Shown: positions 9,729 through 19,024 of the stretch, piece by piece
Layout: every line of letters starts with the position of its first letter
How positions within the stretch are numbered: position 1 is the first letter of the stretch
Source: an uncultured virus (IMG/VR IMGVR_UViG_3300009681_000519)
Taxonomy: Duplodnaviria > Heunggongvirae > Uroviricota > Caudoviricetes
IMG/VR virus record: IMGVR_UViG_3300009681_000519
Reading direction: 5' to 3' (one strand)
DNA: 64,000 nucleotides
Made by a program: the position numbers and the translations under genes
The notes under the pieces: generated by a model
Told to the model about the DNA's origin: nothing
The model's input: only the letters and a program-made list of their open reading frames with translations
Database searches by the model: none

Positions 9729-10057
9729 CGCCGCCCCGGTGGCTTCAACGGCAGGTTGCGCAACACCGCCGGGGTCTCGACCTCGCGACCCCGCGGCACG
9801 ACACCGCGCGACACGAGGTTCGTCGTGCGCGGGTCGACGATGCCCTCCCGGTCGGCGATCGTTCGCACCCACTCGCGTTGCCGTTCGGTGAGCGGCCGCT
9901 TCCGCTGCGTCACCTGTTCGAGCATGTCGTTGAACGCCGCCGACGTGTCATCGTCGATAGCGGGGTCGTCCAACACGGCACGCAACAGGTCGGCATCGGC
10001 CGCCGCATCGTCGCCCTGCCGGGAATCGTCAAGCACGTCGCCAATCGCGGATCGCAT
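9725..10057 (-). CDS. Hypothetical phage protein
   Basis: GAGG RBS; GC3-biased ORF. Confidence 0.55.
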   Translation of the reverse strand: MRSAIGDVLDDSRQGDDAAADADLLRAVLDDPAIDDDTSAAFNDMLEQVTQRKRPLTERQREWVRTIADREGIVDPRTTNLVSRGVVPRGREVETPAVLRNLPLKPPGRR

Positions 10058-10087
10058 CGTAACCTCACGAAACGCAAAGGGAATCGG

Positions 10088-10612
10088 TCAACCGCAGCAG
10101 TACCACTCAACCCCGCCCTGCACGATGCCCGTTGACTTGCACCCGAGGCACCCTTGGTTCGGCATCGTGCCGGGCATCTGCCCCCACAACCGACCCGGTG
10201 CGTTGCACAGCTCACCCGACGCCGCATCGTCGTCATGCCGCACGCACGAACATGCCTTGCCGTTCGCGTTCACAATCGAACAGGTGCCGCGTTCGCACGG
10301 CACGCCGTCGCACGCCGTCGCACCGCACTCGTTCACGACCGACCCCGAGCATTGCCGCACCGGGTCGCCGGTGCACAACGGCATCGCGCACGCCGCGTCG
10401 ACCGGCGGTGCAACCGGCGCATCGGGGCCGGGCGTCTCATCAGCTACGTCGGGCGTCTCAGCGTCGGGGCCGAACGTCTCGTCGCCGGGTGGGTTCGTCT
10501 CATCAACGGCCGCGTCGATGACGATGCCCGACGCACCGAACAATCGCGCCTCATCCGACCCGCCGCATGCGACGAGCACAACCGCGCACAGCATCCACAA
10601 CCACCGGTTCAT
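10088..10612 (-). CDS. Cys-rich lipoprotein (myxobacterial style)
   Basis: Signal peptide with lipobox LVA-C (MNRWLWMLCAVVLVACGGS), DA/PD-rich linker, C-terminal domain with about 12 Cys. Confidence 0.75.
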   Translation of the reverse strand: MNRWLWMLCAVVLVACGGSDEARLFGASGIVIDAAVDETNPPGDETFGPDAETPDVADETPGPDAPVAPPVDAACAMPLCTGDPVRQCSGSVVNECGATACDGVPCERGTCSIVNANGKACSCVRHDDDAASGELCNAPGRLWGQMPGTMPNQGCLGCKSTGIVQGGVEWYCCG

Positions 10613-10809
10613 CGGTTCGCCCCTTTCGTTGCCATGACCTGCACCCCGTAGCCCGTCTCCGTTTCCTCGACGACGAACCACACCCGCGTGCCGTCGTCGA
10701 GCACGAACACCGGTTCGGTCGACGTGCCGCCGCGGCCGTTGTCGAACGGGTTGAGGTGCACCTCGACAATCGTTCGCCCTCGCAGTTGGCACAAGCTCAT
10801 CGTCGGCAT
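10609..10809 (-). CDS. Hypothetical phage protein (putative leaderless)
   Basis: MPTMSLCQLRGRTIVEV…; CATGAT-N6-ATG upstream. Confidence 0.55.
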   Translation of the reverse strand: MPTMSLCQLRGRTIVEVHLNPFDNGRGGTSTEPVFVLDDGTRVWFVVEETETGYGVQVMATKGANR

Positions 10810-10832
10810 GCCCGCATCATGCCGCGGCCACG

Positions 10833-12569
10833 TCAACGCGCCATGATGTCGGCGACCGACAACCCGCCCGGCACCGCACCCGCCTCGTCGCCCTCGCCGT
10901 CGGCAACGCCGACCCGCGCGACGGAACCGAACCCGCACTCGCGCGCTTCCTCGCGGGCGAACCAGCACGCCATGAGCACGTCCTCCGTGTGCGCGGGGGG
11001 CGGCTTGTAGTACAGCATCGCGTCGATCCATTCCTGTACCGGCTCGGGGCAGTTGCCCGACGGATCGTTCGGAATGAGCCACGCCCCGTTCTCGATCTCG
11101 ACGAACAAGGCCTCGACCCCGTGCTCCGGGTGCACCTTGTTCCGGCCCGTCGTGTGCGCCCGCACAAGCAACGCCGCGTTCTGGTCCAACGCGAACTGGA
11201 TCAGGAACTCCTGCGCGGCATTGTTCTCGACCCGCGCGATCGAATTGAACCGGCGGGTCTTGTCGGCCAACCGGCGCACAATCTCGGGGCCGGTCCACCG
11301 GCCCGACTCGATGTCGAGCGGCACCCGCACCCCGTTCGGCATCACACGGAACGTGAAGAACGACGTTCGCGCGTGCTCGTCGGTCTGACCGACCGCGAGG
11401 TCAACCCCGGTGAACGTCGCATCCTCGCCGTCGTACTTCGGCACCAACCCGAACACCCCGGCCTCGCGTGCGCGGGCCTTGCACCGTTCGATCCATTCGC
11501 GCTTGCATCGGGCGTCCTCATCCGACCGCGGCCGAATCTTGTATAGCTGCGCGTACTCGAACGCGGGCATCGAGGACTTGATCTCGGCAAGCACGTCGGC
11601 CGAGAACCGGGTCGGCCACAACGGCACCGTCTCGTCGGCGTCAAACTCACCAACGTCGTGCGCCGCAAGCCGGTACACCTCGCCCGGCTTGCGCGACGGC
11701 CGAATGTCCGGAGTGTCCCATCCGGGATCGGCGTTCGCCACCTCGATGTCACCCTCCGCGGTCATCGTCAACGTCGGCCACCCCGACGCCTCAAGCGCAT
11801 ACGTCAGGTCGTCGGGGTGCCATGCGGTGTTCGTCACGACAATCTTCGACCCGCGCACGTCACGACGCGATAGCACCGTCGTGTCGAACCACCGCTTGAC
11901 CGCACGGCGGCCGTGCGGCGTTCGCGTGTTCTCCTCATCGAGAATGTCGTCGACGAGAATCCACGACAACCGCGACCCCGGCAACGCTCCACCGTACCCG
12001 ACGGCGCACAACGACGGGTCGCGGATTCCGGCCGGGCGGGCAACGCACAGCTTCACCTGCGTCCACGGGTCGTGCACGTTGGTCGACGGCCGCAGCTCGG
12101 GAAACACTAACCGCAGCTCGGGGAACTGGTCGGGCTTGCCGATGTAGTCGCGCACGATGCCGACGACCTTCGACGCCTGCTCCTGCGTCGCGGAGATGAC
12201 CGCCCCGCGGGCCGTGTTGTCCTGACCCAACAACTGCATCGACAACGCCGACATGCAGTACGTCTTCGAAAACCCAGGCGGCATCCGCACTACGCACCGA
12301 TCATGATGCGACACGAACGAAAACAGCACCCGTTGATGCGGAGTCGCTTTGATGCGCCGTCGCTCGCCGTGCTCCTCACGCATCACGAACGAAAAAAACG
12401 ACGACGGGTCGCGTCGCCCTTCCGCCGCGCGGCGCAACAGGCCCGCCAACAACAACTGGTCCCGCTCCTCAAGCCCGACGTGCACCGACCCCGCATCGGC
12501 CGGGGCCGCATCGTCGGCATCGGGCATCGCCGCGTCGGTGTCGTGTTCCGGGTGTCGCAATCGCCGCAT
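10833..12569 (-). CDS. terL: Terminase large subunit
   Basis: TPHQ Q-motif, MPPGFSKT Walker A-like, ILVDDILD Walker B, GVDLA RNase H-like nuclease motif, ENNAAQ, terminal DVLMA. Confidence 0.9.
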   Translation of the reverse strand: MRRLRHPEHDTDAAMPDADDAAPADAGSVHVGLEERDQLLLAGLLRRAAEGRRDPSSFFSFVMREEHGERRRIKATPHQRVLFSFVSHHDRCVVRMPPGFSKTYCMSALSMQLLGQDNTARGAVISATQEQASKVVGIVRDYIGKPDQFPELRLVFPELRPSTNVHDPWTQVKLCVARPAGIRDPSLCAVGYGGALPGSRLSWILVDDILDEENTRTPHGRRAVKRWFDTTVLSRRDVRGSKIVVTNTAWHPDDLTYALEASGWPTLTMTAEGDIEVANADPGWDTPDIRPSRKPGEVYRLAAHDVGEFDADETVPLWPTRFSADVLAEIKSSMPAFEYAQLYKIRPRSDEDARCKREWIERCKARAREAGVFGLVPKYDGEDATFTGVDLAVGQTDEHARTSFFTFRVMPNGVRVPLDIESGRWTGPEIVRRLADKTRRFNSIARVENNAAQEFLIQFALDQNAALLVRAHTTGRNKVHPEHGVEALFVEIENGAWLIPNDPSGNCPEPVQEWIDAMLYYKPPPAHTEDVLMACWFAREEARECGFGSVARVGVADGEGDEAGAVPGGLSVADIMAR

Positions 12570-12592
12570 GCGTCAACGATACCACACCCGCG

Positions 12593-12612
12593 TCGGATGA
12601 TCGATCAGCCGT
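12593..12612. repeat. Variant (18/20) of the dispersed 20-bp palindrome
   Basis: TCGGATGATCGATCAGCCGT, upstream of terL. Confidence 0.7.
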
Positions 12613-12877
12613 CGCGCCACAACCGACGCACCCGGCCGAACGCACGACCCGTCAACACCTCGTCATCAACCGTCACCTCGACAAGCGGCGAACTCGCCGG
12701 GTCGCCGTCCAGCTCGCCCGACGTGCACCACGCATCCGGCTCGCCGTGCGCGCATTGATTGCACAACGACACGACCCCGCGACACCGCGCCTCCTCAACC
12801 GCCGCGTCAATCCCGTCGGCCTCGACCTCCGTGTGCATCGAGATCGTCACGTTCGTCACGAACACGTACTTCGACAC
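12605..12877 (-). CDS. Hypothetical phage protein
   Basis: GGAGG RBS before GTG; MSKYVFVTNV…CNQC. Confidence 0.6.
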   Translation of the reverse strand: MSKYVFVTNVTISMHTEVEADGIDAAVEEARCRGVVSLCNQCAHGEPDAWCTSGELDGDPASSPLVEVTVDDEVLTGRAFGRVRRLWRDG

Positions 12878-12896
12878 CGCCGTCACCTCCGCACCA

Positions 12897-12922
12897 AGCA
12901 TCATGCCGCGCGGCATGATGCT
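12897..12922. promoter_or_regulatory. Back-to-back pair of GCGGCATGAT motifs forming a perfect 26-bp palindrome between divergent genes
   Basis: AGCATCATGCCGC|GCGGCATGATGCT lies between the 12877(-) and 12944(+) starts. Confidence 0.75.
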
Positions 12923-12943
12923 CGCACACCGAAAGGAGTCCCA

Positions 12944-13288
12944 ATGTCGCACGGCCCAACCAAACCGAACCTCATCGCCCGCGTCGCCGAACTCGAACAG
13001 GACATCGCCGCCGTCACCCGCGCTCACGTCGCCGCCGAAGCGCGCCTCGCTGAGGTCGAAGCGCTGCTCATCCAAGCCAACGACCGCATCAACACCCTGC
13101 TCGCCGACCGCGAACACGCCGAACGGCTCGCCTCAGACCTCACACGGCAACGTGACACCGCCACCACAACCGCCGCACAACGCCAACTCACCATCGACGA
13201 CCTCAACTCGCGCCTGCACCACGCACTGTCCGCGATCCACGACCTCGCCCGAACAGCCGACCCGTACCCGCGCTCACCAACTACCTGA
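12944..13288 (+). CDS. Small coiled-coil protein
   Basis: AAAGGAG RBS; heptad-rich sequence. Confidence 0.7.
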   Translation: MSHGPTKPNLIARVAELEQDIAAVTRAHVAAEARLAEVEALLIQANDRINTLLADREHAERLASDLTRQRDTATTTAAQRQLTIDDLNSRLHHALSAIHDLARTADPYPRSPTT

Positions 13289-13681
13289 CCCCGCATCGCC
13301 CCGTAGCCCGCGGCCCCCTCGCCCCGCATCGCACGCACACCGCCCGGCATCGTCGTTGCCCCGTCGCCGCATCGTCGCCGCATCGTTGGAGCCCCGTAAC
13401 GGTGCGCCTGAAGCACCGTTTCCAGTTGCAGCAGTACTGCACCTGAGAGGCCAGAATCGAGTTGCACAGTGTCGGTGGCCCTGCCTGCCTCTGGCCCCCC
13501 CTCCCCCCTTCCCCACCCCCGGCCCCCTCGACTCCCCAGGAACGCCGCCCCCCTCACTCACCGCGAACACCCCCAACGTCGTGCGGGGGGCTCCCCCCAT
13601 CCGTGACACGGGGGGCGTGCCCTCGTCGACGGGCGGGGTCGAGGGGTCGATGCAGGGGGGCGGGGTGTTCGGGTCGGGGCG

Positions 13682-13701
13682 ACGGATGATCGATCATCCG
13701 T
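13682..13701. repeat. Dispersed 20-bp palindrome, copy 1
   Basis: ACGGATGATCGATCATCCGT, intergenic. Confidence 0.95.
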
Positions 13702-13846
13702 GGGGGTGGGTGACGAGGGTCGTCACGATGCGAACGGCGGGGAGGTGACTCTCGCGCGTGCTTGACAGGTGCGTCGGAATGCACCCCGCATCCGGGGCGA
13801 GGCAACCATCGGGGCGGTCGGGGTCGTCACGATGGGGTGGGCGCGG

Positions 13847-14527
13847 TCACGAGGGACGGCGCGATGGGTCGTCGGTCGGTGCGTCGATGACCGTGCGGGT
13901 CGGTGCCGGGGCGAGCAGCGCGGCCGCCCGTGCCCGTGCACTCAGTTCGAGCTGTTCGGTCACGATGTCGTCAATGGCGTCGGTGTCGAGGTGTTGCACG
14001 ACCGCGACGAGCGCCTCGCGCACCGACACCGTGCCCGTGATGTTGATGCCGACCGGCTCGATGGTGCCGACGACCCGCGCGAGGAGCTGTTCGTGCCGGG
14101 CGATGGCTCCCCATGGCTTGCGCTCCTGCGCTCGCATCCTCACGAGGTCGGATTGCAACCGCGCTACCTGCTCGGACTTGTACCGCCCGCGGTCGGCCTC
14201 GAATTGCTCGGCTCGCTCGGCCTTCACCTTGCGCACGAGTTCGTCAACGAGGTCGGCACGCATGTCGAACCGCTCCGCGCATGCCCGCCGGATGGTCGCC
14301 GCGTCGGCTCCGCTGTTGAGCAACTGGTAGACCAGCGCCCGGCGTTGCTCCCGCTCCTCGGGCGTCGGCAATCGTGCACGCACCCCGGCGACCTCGGCTT
14401 CGGTGCCTCGCGCCGGGCCGGTTCGTGACCATCGCTCCCGGCCTTCGAGGCCCGGCGTCGACCGGTTCGGGCGGGTCGGGGCGGGTGCGGGGGGGCGGGC
14501 GGGCGAGGGCTTGCTGGGCCGATCCAT
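13847..14527 (-). CDS. Putative terminase small subunit / HTH protein
   Basis: HTH-like N-terminal part, helical core, upstream of terL; C-terminal INITGTVSV. Confidence 0.5.
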   Translation of the reverse strand: MDRPSKPSPARPPAPAPTRPNRSTPGLEGRERWSRTGPARGTEAEVAGVRARLPTPEEREQRRALVYQLLNSGADAATIRRACAERFDMRADLVDELVRKVKAERAEQFEADRGRYKSEQVARLQSDLVRMRAQERKPWGAIARHEQLLARVVGTIEPVGINITGTVSVREALVAVVQHLDTDAIDDIVTEQLELSARARAAALLAPAPTRTVIDAPTDDPSRRPS

Positions 14528-14531
14528 CACC

Positions 14532-15914
14532 TCAATGTGGCATAGCGACCCCTTCGGCACAACGGCATGTTCGGGTGTCGCCCATTGCAGCGGCGTGTTC
14601 GGTGTTGGTTCGCGGCCCTCTCGGTGCGATGTCGTGTTCGGGTGTCGTCGAGACGCGGCCGCATCCGGTGCACACGAACTGCCGCTTGCCCGACGGGGAG
14701 GTGGCTCGGATGAGCGCCCACCGCCCGTCGCCGCGGCCGTGCTCGGCCATGATGGCGAGCATATGGTCGGCTTCCGTGTAGTCCGACCGCCGTTCCTCGG
14801 GCGGCAGCTTGTTGAACGGCGTCGATGCCTGCCGACGCCACCGGGTCGTGAGATCCGACGGGATGATCGTGCACCCGGCGTCGGGCGTCGACTTGTCGAA
14901 CAGGTATCGCATCCACCCCGACCACGCCTCGTGGGCGTACTCCGCGAGCTTGTCGCGCACCGCCTGCGGCACCGTCGCCGCCCCGAGAGCTTCGATGCCC
15001 CGTTCGAGGTCGGCGAGCGGTGCGGCCGGGCCGTCGGCCCTCACCTCGAACGTGATGCACCGCCGGTCGATCTCGATGCGCTTGATGGGCACCGTGCCGT
15101 CGCCGGATGCGAGCACCGCAAGGGCGACCGCCTGCCCGGTGCGCTTCGCCACGTCGGCTCGGGTGCCCGCGTGCCACCACGAGGGCCGGATGCTGTGCTC
15201 GGCCCACTTGGTCGGGCGGGTCACGGCCTCGTAGGCTTCGAGGGTCATCGGCGGTTCGCCGATACGCCGCGAGTAGGCAACGTGGTGCTCGTAGGCCCGC
15301 ACGAGGTCGGGGTCGGGGCTGTCGGCAACCGGCGGGTCGCGCGGGTCGTAGTTGACGGATGATCGATCATCCGTGTGGGGGGCGGTCGGCGGGTTCGGGT
15401 CGGCGGGCACGACACCCGCCCCGTGCGGGGTGTGGTCCCGGCAGTCGCCGAGAAGGTTCGTGCGCCCCTTGTCGCACCGGGGCGGGTCGCCGAACTTCGC
15501 ACCGGCCCGAAGGTGCTGACACAGCGGGCATTGCTGCGGGTGCAACCGGGCGTTCGACAGGGCCGCATCGACGGCCCACCGCGCCCACGATTGCTCGTCG
15601 CGGGCCTTCATCCGTGCCTCACGGATGGCGACCGCCTGCTCGAACGTCGCGGCACCGGGCTCTTGCAGCAGCGTCGCCGGGGTCGCTTCCTGTTTCGGCT
15701 CCTCGTTTGAGGGCGGTGGCGGCGCATCCGAACCGGGGCCGCACACGTCAACTGGCATCGGTCTGAGTCTCACTTCGGTCCTCCCTTCGCTTTCACGGGC
15801 TGCGCGCCTGCACTTTCGCCCATCAGGTCGGTCGTGGTCGCGCATGAAGGCGTTGTAGTCCCGCATCCACGTGCGAACGCCGCAGAACCGGCATTGCAAT
15901 CGGTCGTCGCCCAT
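14532..15914 (-). CDS. Mosaic hypothetical protein with several Cys motifs
   Basis: AGGAGG RBS; CxxC motifs at three places; contains the TDDRSSV palindrome. Confidence 0.5.
   Translation of the reverse strand: MGDDRLQCRFCGVRTWMRDYNAFMRDHDRPDGRKCRRAARESEGRTEVRLRPMPVDVCGPGSDAPPPPSNEEPKQEATPATLLQEPGAATFEQAVAIREARMKARDEQSWARWAVDAALSNARLHPQQCPLCQHLRAGAKFGDPPRCDKGRTNLLGDCRDHTPHGAGVVPADPNPPTAPHTDDRSSVNYDPRDPPVADSPDPDLVRAYEHHVAYSRRIGEPPMTLEAYEAVTRPTKWAEHSIRPSWWHAGTRADVAKRTGQAVALAVLASGDGTVPIKRIEIDRRCITFEVRADGPAAPLADLERGIEALGAATVPQAVRDKLAEYAHEAWSGWMRYLFDKSTPDAGCTIIPSDLTTRWRRQASTPFNKLPPEERRSDYTEADHMLAIMAEHGRGDGRWALIRATSPSGKRQFVCTGCGRVSTTPEHDIAPRGPRTNTEHAAAMGDTRTCRCAEGVAMPH
15355..15374. repeat. Dispersed 20-bp palindrome, copy 2 (intragenic)
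   Basis: Exact copy; encodes TDDRSSV. Confidence 0.95.
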
Positions 15915-15923
15915 CGCTGCCTC

Positions 15924-16130
15924 CTACACGAACGAGAGCACCCGCACGACACGGGAGCCGGGCTCGACCCCGGCGTGGCTGTCAAACTCGGCGAGGTCGC
16001 CGTCGGGGTACTGCTCGGCCTCGACGAGCACCGGTGTCACCCGGCGGTAGGAATGATCGGCCGCGGGCACGACGAGGATTGCGTGACCGGGCGTGTTGGC
16101 GAGGAACTTGATGAGCTGTTCGGCGGTCAT
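15924..16130 (-). CDS. Hypothetical phage protein (putative leaderless)
   Basis: MTAEQLIKFL…; CATGAT-N6-ATG. Confidence 0.6.
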   Translation of the reverse strand: MTAEQLIKFLANTPGHAILVVPAADHSYRRVTPVLVEAEQYPDGDLAEFDSHAGVEPGSRVVRVLSFV

Positions 16131-16153
16131 GGCGGCATCATGCCGCGGGAGGG

Positions 16154-16726
16154 TCAGCGAACCCGCACGAGGTACGGCAGGCCGCCGAAGTCGGGGCCGT
16201 CGACGATCTCCCACCGCTTCCAGCAGGGCATCGCCGCGGCGGGGTTGCGCCGCACGAAGACGGCCGCCTCGTAGGCGTCGACCGCCTCGAACACGGTCCA
16301 ACCGGTCGTGCCGAACGGTTCGAGGCGGAACGGCACCTTGGTCACAGGGGTGGGGGTCTTCGTCGAGGGGTTCGTCGGGTTGACCGGAAACGGTTGCACG
16401 CCGCGTGCCGTCAGCCGTTGGCGGCAACGAACGCATCGCGCACCCGGCGGGCTTCGTCGGCCGTCGCGAACAGGCGGTCGGTCAGGCCCTTCTGCTGCCG
16501 GAAGTTGCGCGACACGATGCCGTACTCGGCATCGTCGACCTCGGGGTTGTGGCCGGGAATCGACACGACGACCCACTCGGCCGTCGTGCTCACCCGACGC
16601 CGGGTCGTACACGAACCCGGCACCGCACCGTTCGCACCGGCACACCTCGACCCGGTGCATGTCGTGGCCGTGTGCATCGGCCTTCGCCATCAGGAACCCA
16701 AGTTCGACTGTCGACCGATTGCTCAT
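16154..16726 (-). CDS. Region of small hypothetical ORFs (possibly 2-3 overlapping or frameshifted genes)
   Basis: CATGAT-N6-ATG at 16726; coding bias switches to the 16411-16677 frame in the middle. Confidence 0.35.
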   Translation of the reverse strand: MSNRSTVELGFLMAKADAHGHDMHRVEVCRCERCGAGFVYDPASGEHDGRVGRRVDSRPQPRGRRCRVRHRVAQLPAAEGPDRPPVRDGRRSPPGARCVRCRQRLTARGVQPFPVNPTNPSTKTPTPVTKVPFRLEPFGTTGWTVFEAVDAYEAAVFVRRNPAAAMPCWKRWEIVDGPDFGGLPYLVRVR

Positions 16727-16959
16727 GGCGGCATCATGCCGCGGCCGTCACGTTCGGTCGAACAGCTCCCACTTCGCCCGTTCGAGCGCCCCGACCAGTG
16801 CATCGGTCGACCGATGCGCGCTCGCCACGATCTCGACCTTGCCGCCGGTGTACCCGAGCACGACAACGGTGGTCCACCCGTTCGCCTCGCACCGCTTCAA
16901 CGCCTCGCGCAGCATCGCGAGCGCGTCATCGTGTCCGGCCCCGTCAATCGGCACGACGT

Positions 16960-17574
16960 TCATCTCGCGGCCCACGTCGGCAACCTCCCCTTCCAATCCG
17001 CGTGCACCACGTCAACGTCGACCCGGATGCCCGCCACGAGGATGTTCGGCGGGTAGAGCTGCGTCATGCAGAACCCGCAGTTGGCCGGTTCCGGCACCCG
17101 CGAACACGATCGCCAGTACCGCACGACCTTGAGCTTCCACAGCGCGTCGGCATCGAGGCCGCCCGGTTGCGCCCCGACATACAGGCCGGGCTGATACCCC
17201 GCGGCCGCGACCTTCGCGGCCCACTCGTTCACCCACGCCGCGGTGTCGGCCGCCGGTCCTGCGCACCCTTCGAGGTCGAGCCACACCGTCACGCCCGGCG
17301 GCAGCCCGACCCGCGCGAGTTCGAGCACCGTCTTGTCGCCGTCCTGCCGCCCGAGGTCGGCCGACGGCACCCATCCCGGCTTGCGCGAGTACGTGACCGG
17401 CATGACCGCGAGCCCGGCCGCGAGCAACACCGCCCGTTCCTCCGAGGTCAACCCGCCCAAGTACCGCACCGCGAACGTGTACCCGAGCGCCGCCAGGGCC
17501 TTCGCCTGTTGCGCGTTCAACCGCAACACGGTGTCGATGCCGAACGCCGGGAACGATGCTTGGTTCGCCTTCAT
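16960..17574 (-). CDS. DUF1906 / GH25-like glycoside hydrolase (candidate endolysin)
   Basis: GIDT…GYTFAVRYL…LTSEE…GRQDG…VWLDLE…GYQPGLY…VDVD pattern; TAGACT-N7-ATG. Confidence 0.8.
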   Translation of the reverse strand: MKANQASFPAFGIDTVLRLNAQQAKALAALGYTFAVRYLGGLTSEERAVLLAAGLAVMPVTYSRKPGWVPSADLGRQDGDKTVLELARVGLPPGVTVWLDLEGCAGPAADTAAWVNEWAAKVAAAGYQPGLYVGAQPGGLDADALWKLKVVRYWRSCSRVPEPANCGFCMTQLYPPNILVAGIRVDVDVVHADWKGRLPTWAAR

Positions 17575-17584
17575 GCCGGGCAGT

Positions 17585-17815
17585 CTACCGCTTCGCCGCG
17601 ACGAGCGCACACGTCAACGGGTGCACCGGTTGCAGCACCGGCAGGGCCGCATACTTTGCCGCCTTGTCGGCATCGCACGTCTCGTACTCGATGACACGGC
17701 CGCCGACCGTTCGCGGTTCGTACCACGCCCCCCTGGTGTACTCAGCGACGATCTCGCCGGTGCGGCGGTACACGGTCGACCCGACCCGCACGAGGTCACT
17801 CGGTGTCGGCTTCAT
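17585..17815 (-). CDS. Hypothetical phage protein
   Basis: GC3-biased ORF in operon. Confidence 0.45.
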   Translation of the reverse strand: MKPTPSDLVRVGSTVYRRTGEIVAEYTRGAWYEPRTVGGRVIEYETCDADKAAKYAALPVLQPVHPLTCALVAAKR

Positions 17816-18075
17816 ACATGAGCCCTTCCCACTTCGCCCGCGTGAGCGTCGGCACTTGCTCCCGCGCGAACGTGAAGATCTGCTCGTAGGTCATGCCGCA
17901 CCGGTCGCGCAAGATGTCGGCGCAACGCCCCGCCATCGTCGTTGAACTTGCCGGTGGCAACGTCGACCGCGTGCGCGATGCCGCCGCGTGTGAACGTCGT
18001 GTTGAACAGCCGGTCGTACTCGGCAAGGAACCCCGGCGTCTCGATCGTCACCTTCACGACCTCGGTGAACGTCAC
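17796..18075 (-). CDS. Hypothetical protein with apparent frameshift near 17930
   Basis: Codon bias moves from the 17812-18075 frame to the 17796-18026 frame at a GGGG run. Confidence 0.4.
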
Positions 18076-18461
18076 GGCACGAACTCCTTGGGCGGGCGTG
18101 CCCGGTCACGGATCGCCTGGAACACGTCGACCCATTCGGCGTCAGTGAGCGTCGCACTGCCCCGTTCGAGCGCCGACAGGTCGACCGCACTGAGGCCGAG
18201 CATCGCCGCCGTCTCCCGCAGCCCCAATCCGGCGAGCACCCGCAAGTGCCGCAACGCCTCGCCACACGGGCTCGTCGGGTACACGTCGACCGACACGGGC
18301 CGGAAGTCGCCGCGCATCTCGCCCGTCGTCTTGTCGTGCCAGTCGACGAACGCATGCGTCTCGCGCTTGCCGAGCGACGGCACCGGCCGCGGGTTCACCT
18401 TCCGTCGTGCCTCCTCGCCGTTGACCGTGAACGTCACAAAGTCCCGTGTTCCCATCGTCAT
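18072..18461 (-). CDS. XRE-family HTH transcriptional regulator
   Basis: ALRHLRVLAGLGLRETAAMLGLSAVDLSALERG; AAAGGAG RBS. Confidence 0.8.
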   Translation of the reverse strand: MTMGTRDFVTFTVNGEEARRKVNPRPVPSLGKRETHAFVDWHDKTTGEMRGDFRPVSVDVYPTSPCGEALRHLRVLAGLGLRETAAMLGLSAVDLSALERGSATLTDAEWVDVFQAIRDRARPPKEFVP

Positions 18462-18469
18462 GTCTCCTT

Positions 18470-19024
18470 TCAATCGGCACCGCCCTCCTCACCATAGGGG
18501 GCGGAATGAACCGAGGTCAACGTGTCGAGCGCCCGGCGCAACGTGTCGACCTCCTGCTGCTTCGCCCGCGCGTGAAGCACGAGCGCGAGGATTGCATCGC
18601 GTGCGACCGCGTACAACCTCGCCGTCTCGCGCGCCTTCGGCCCGTTGCCGGTGAACGCCGTCACGACCGTCGTGCCCTCGCGCGGCTCGAAGAACACGAA
18701 CTGGCACGGCTCCGTCGACTGCGCGAGCATGCGCGCGAACAGCCCGACCGCCGCATCACACGAGTCGACACCCGGCGAACCGAACGCCCCGCACTCGTTG
18801 CCCGGCGATGCCTCGACCGCGATGCCCGCGAGCATGTCGAGCTGCCCAGTCGTGAGCACGTCCTCCAACTTCGGTGCACCGGCACCGACCGCCCGCGCTT
18901 CGCGTTCGTCGGGGTGTTGCCACTTCGGAATCCTGATCTGCCCGCGGTCGGCCATCTGCCCGACCTCCGTCACCATCGGCCCGTCGTCGGCCGACGGCCC
19001 GACCCGTACCTCATGCACCTTCAT
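18470..19024 (-). CDS. Hypothetical phage protein
   Basis: GAGGAGG RBS; MKVHEVRV…. Confidence 0.6.
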   Translation of the reverse strand: MKVHEVRVGPSADDGPMVTEVGQMADRGQIRIPKWQHPDEREARAVGAGAPKLEDVLTTGQLDMLAGIAVEASPGNECGAFGSPGVDSCDAAVGLFARMLAQSTEPCQFVFFEPREGTTVVTAFTGNGPKARETARLYAVARDAILALVLHARAKQQEVDTLRRALDTLTSVHSAPYGEEGGAD

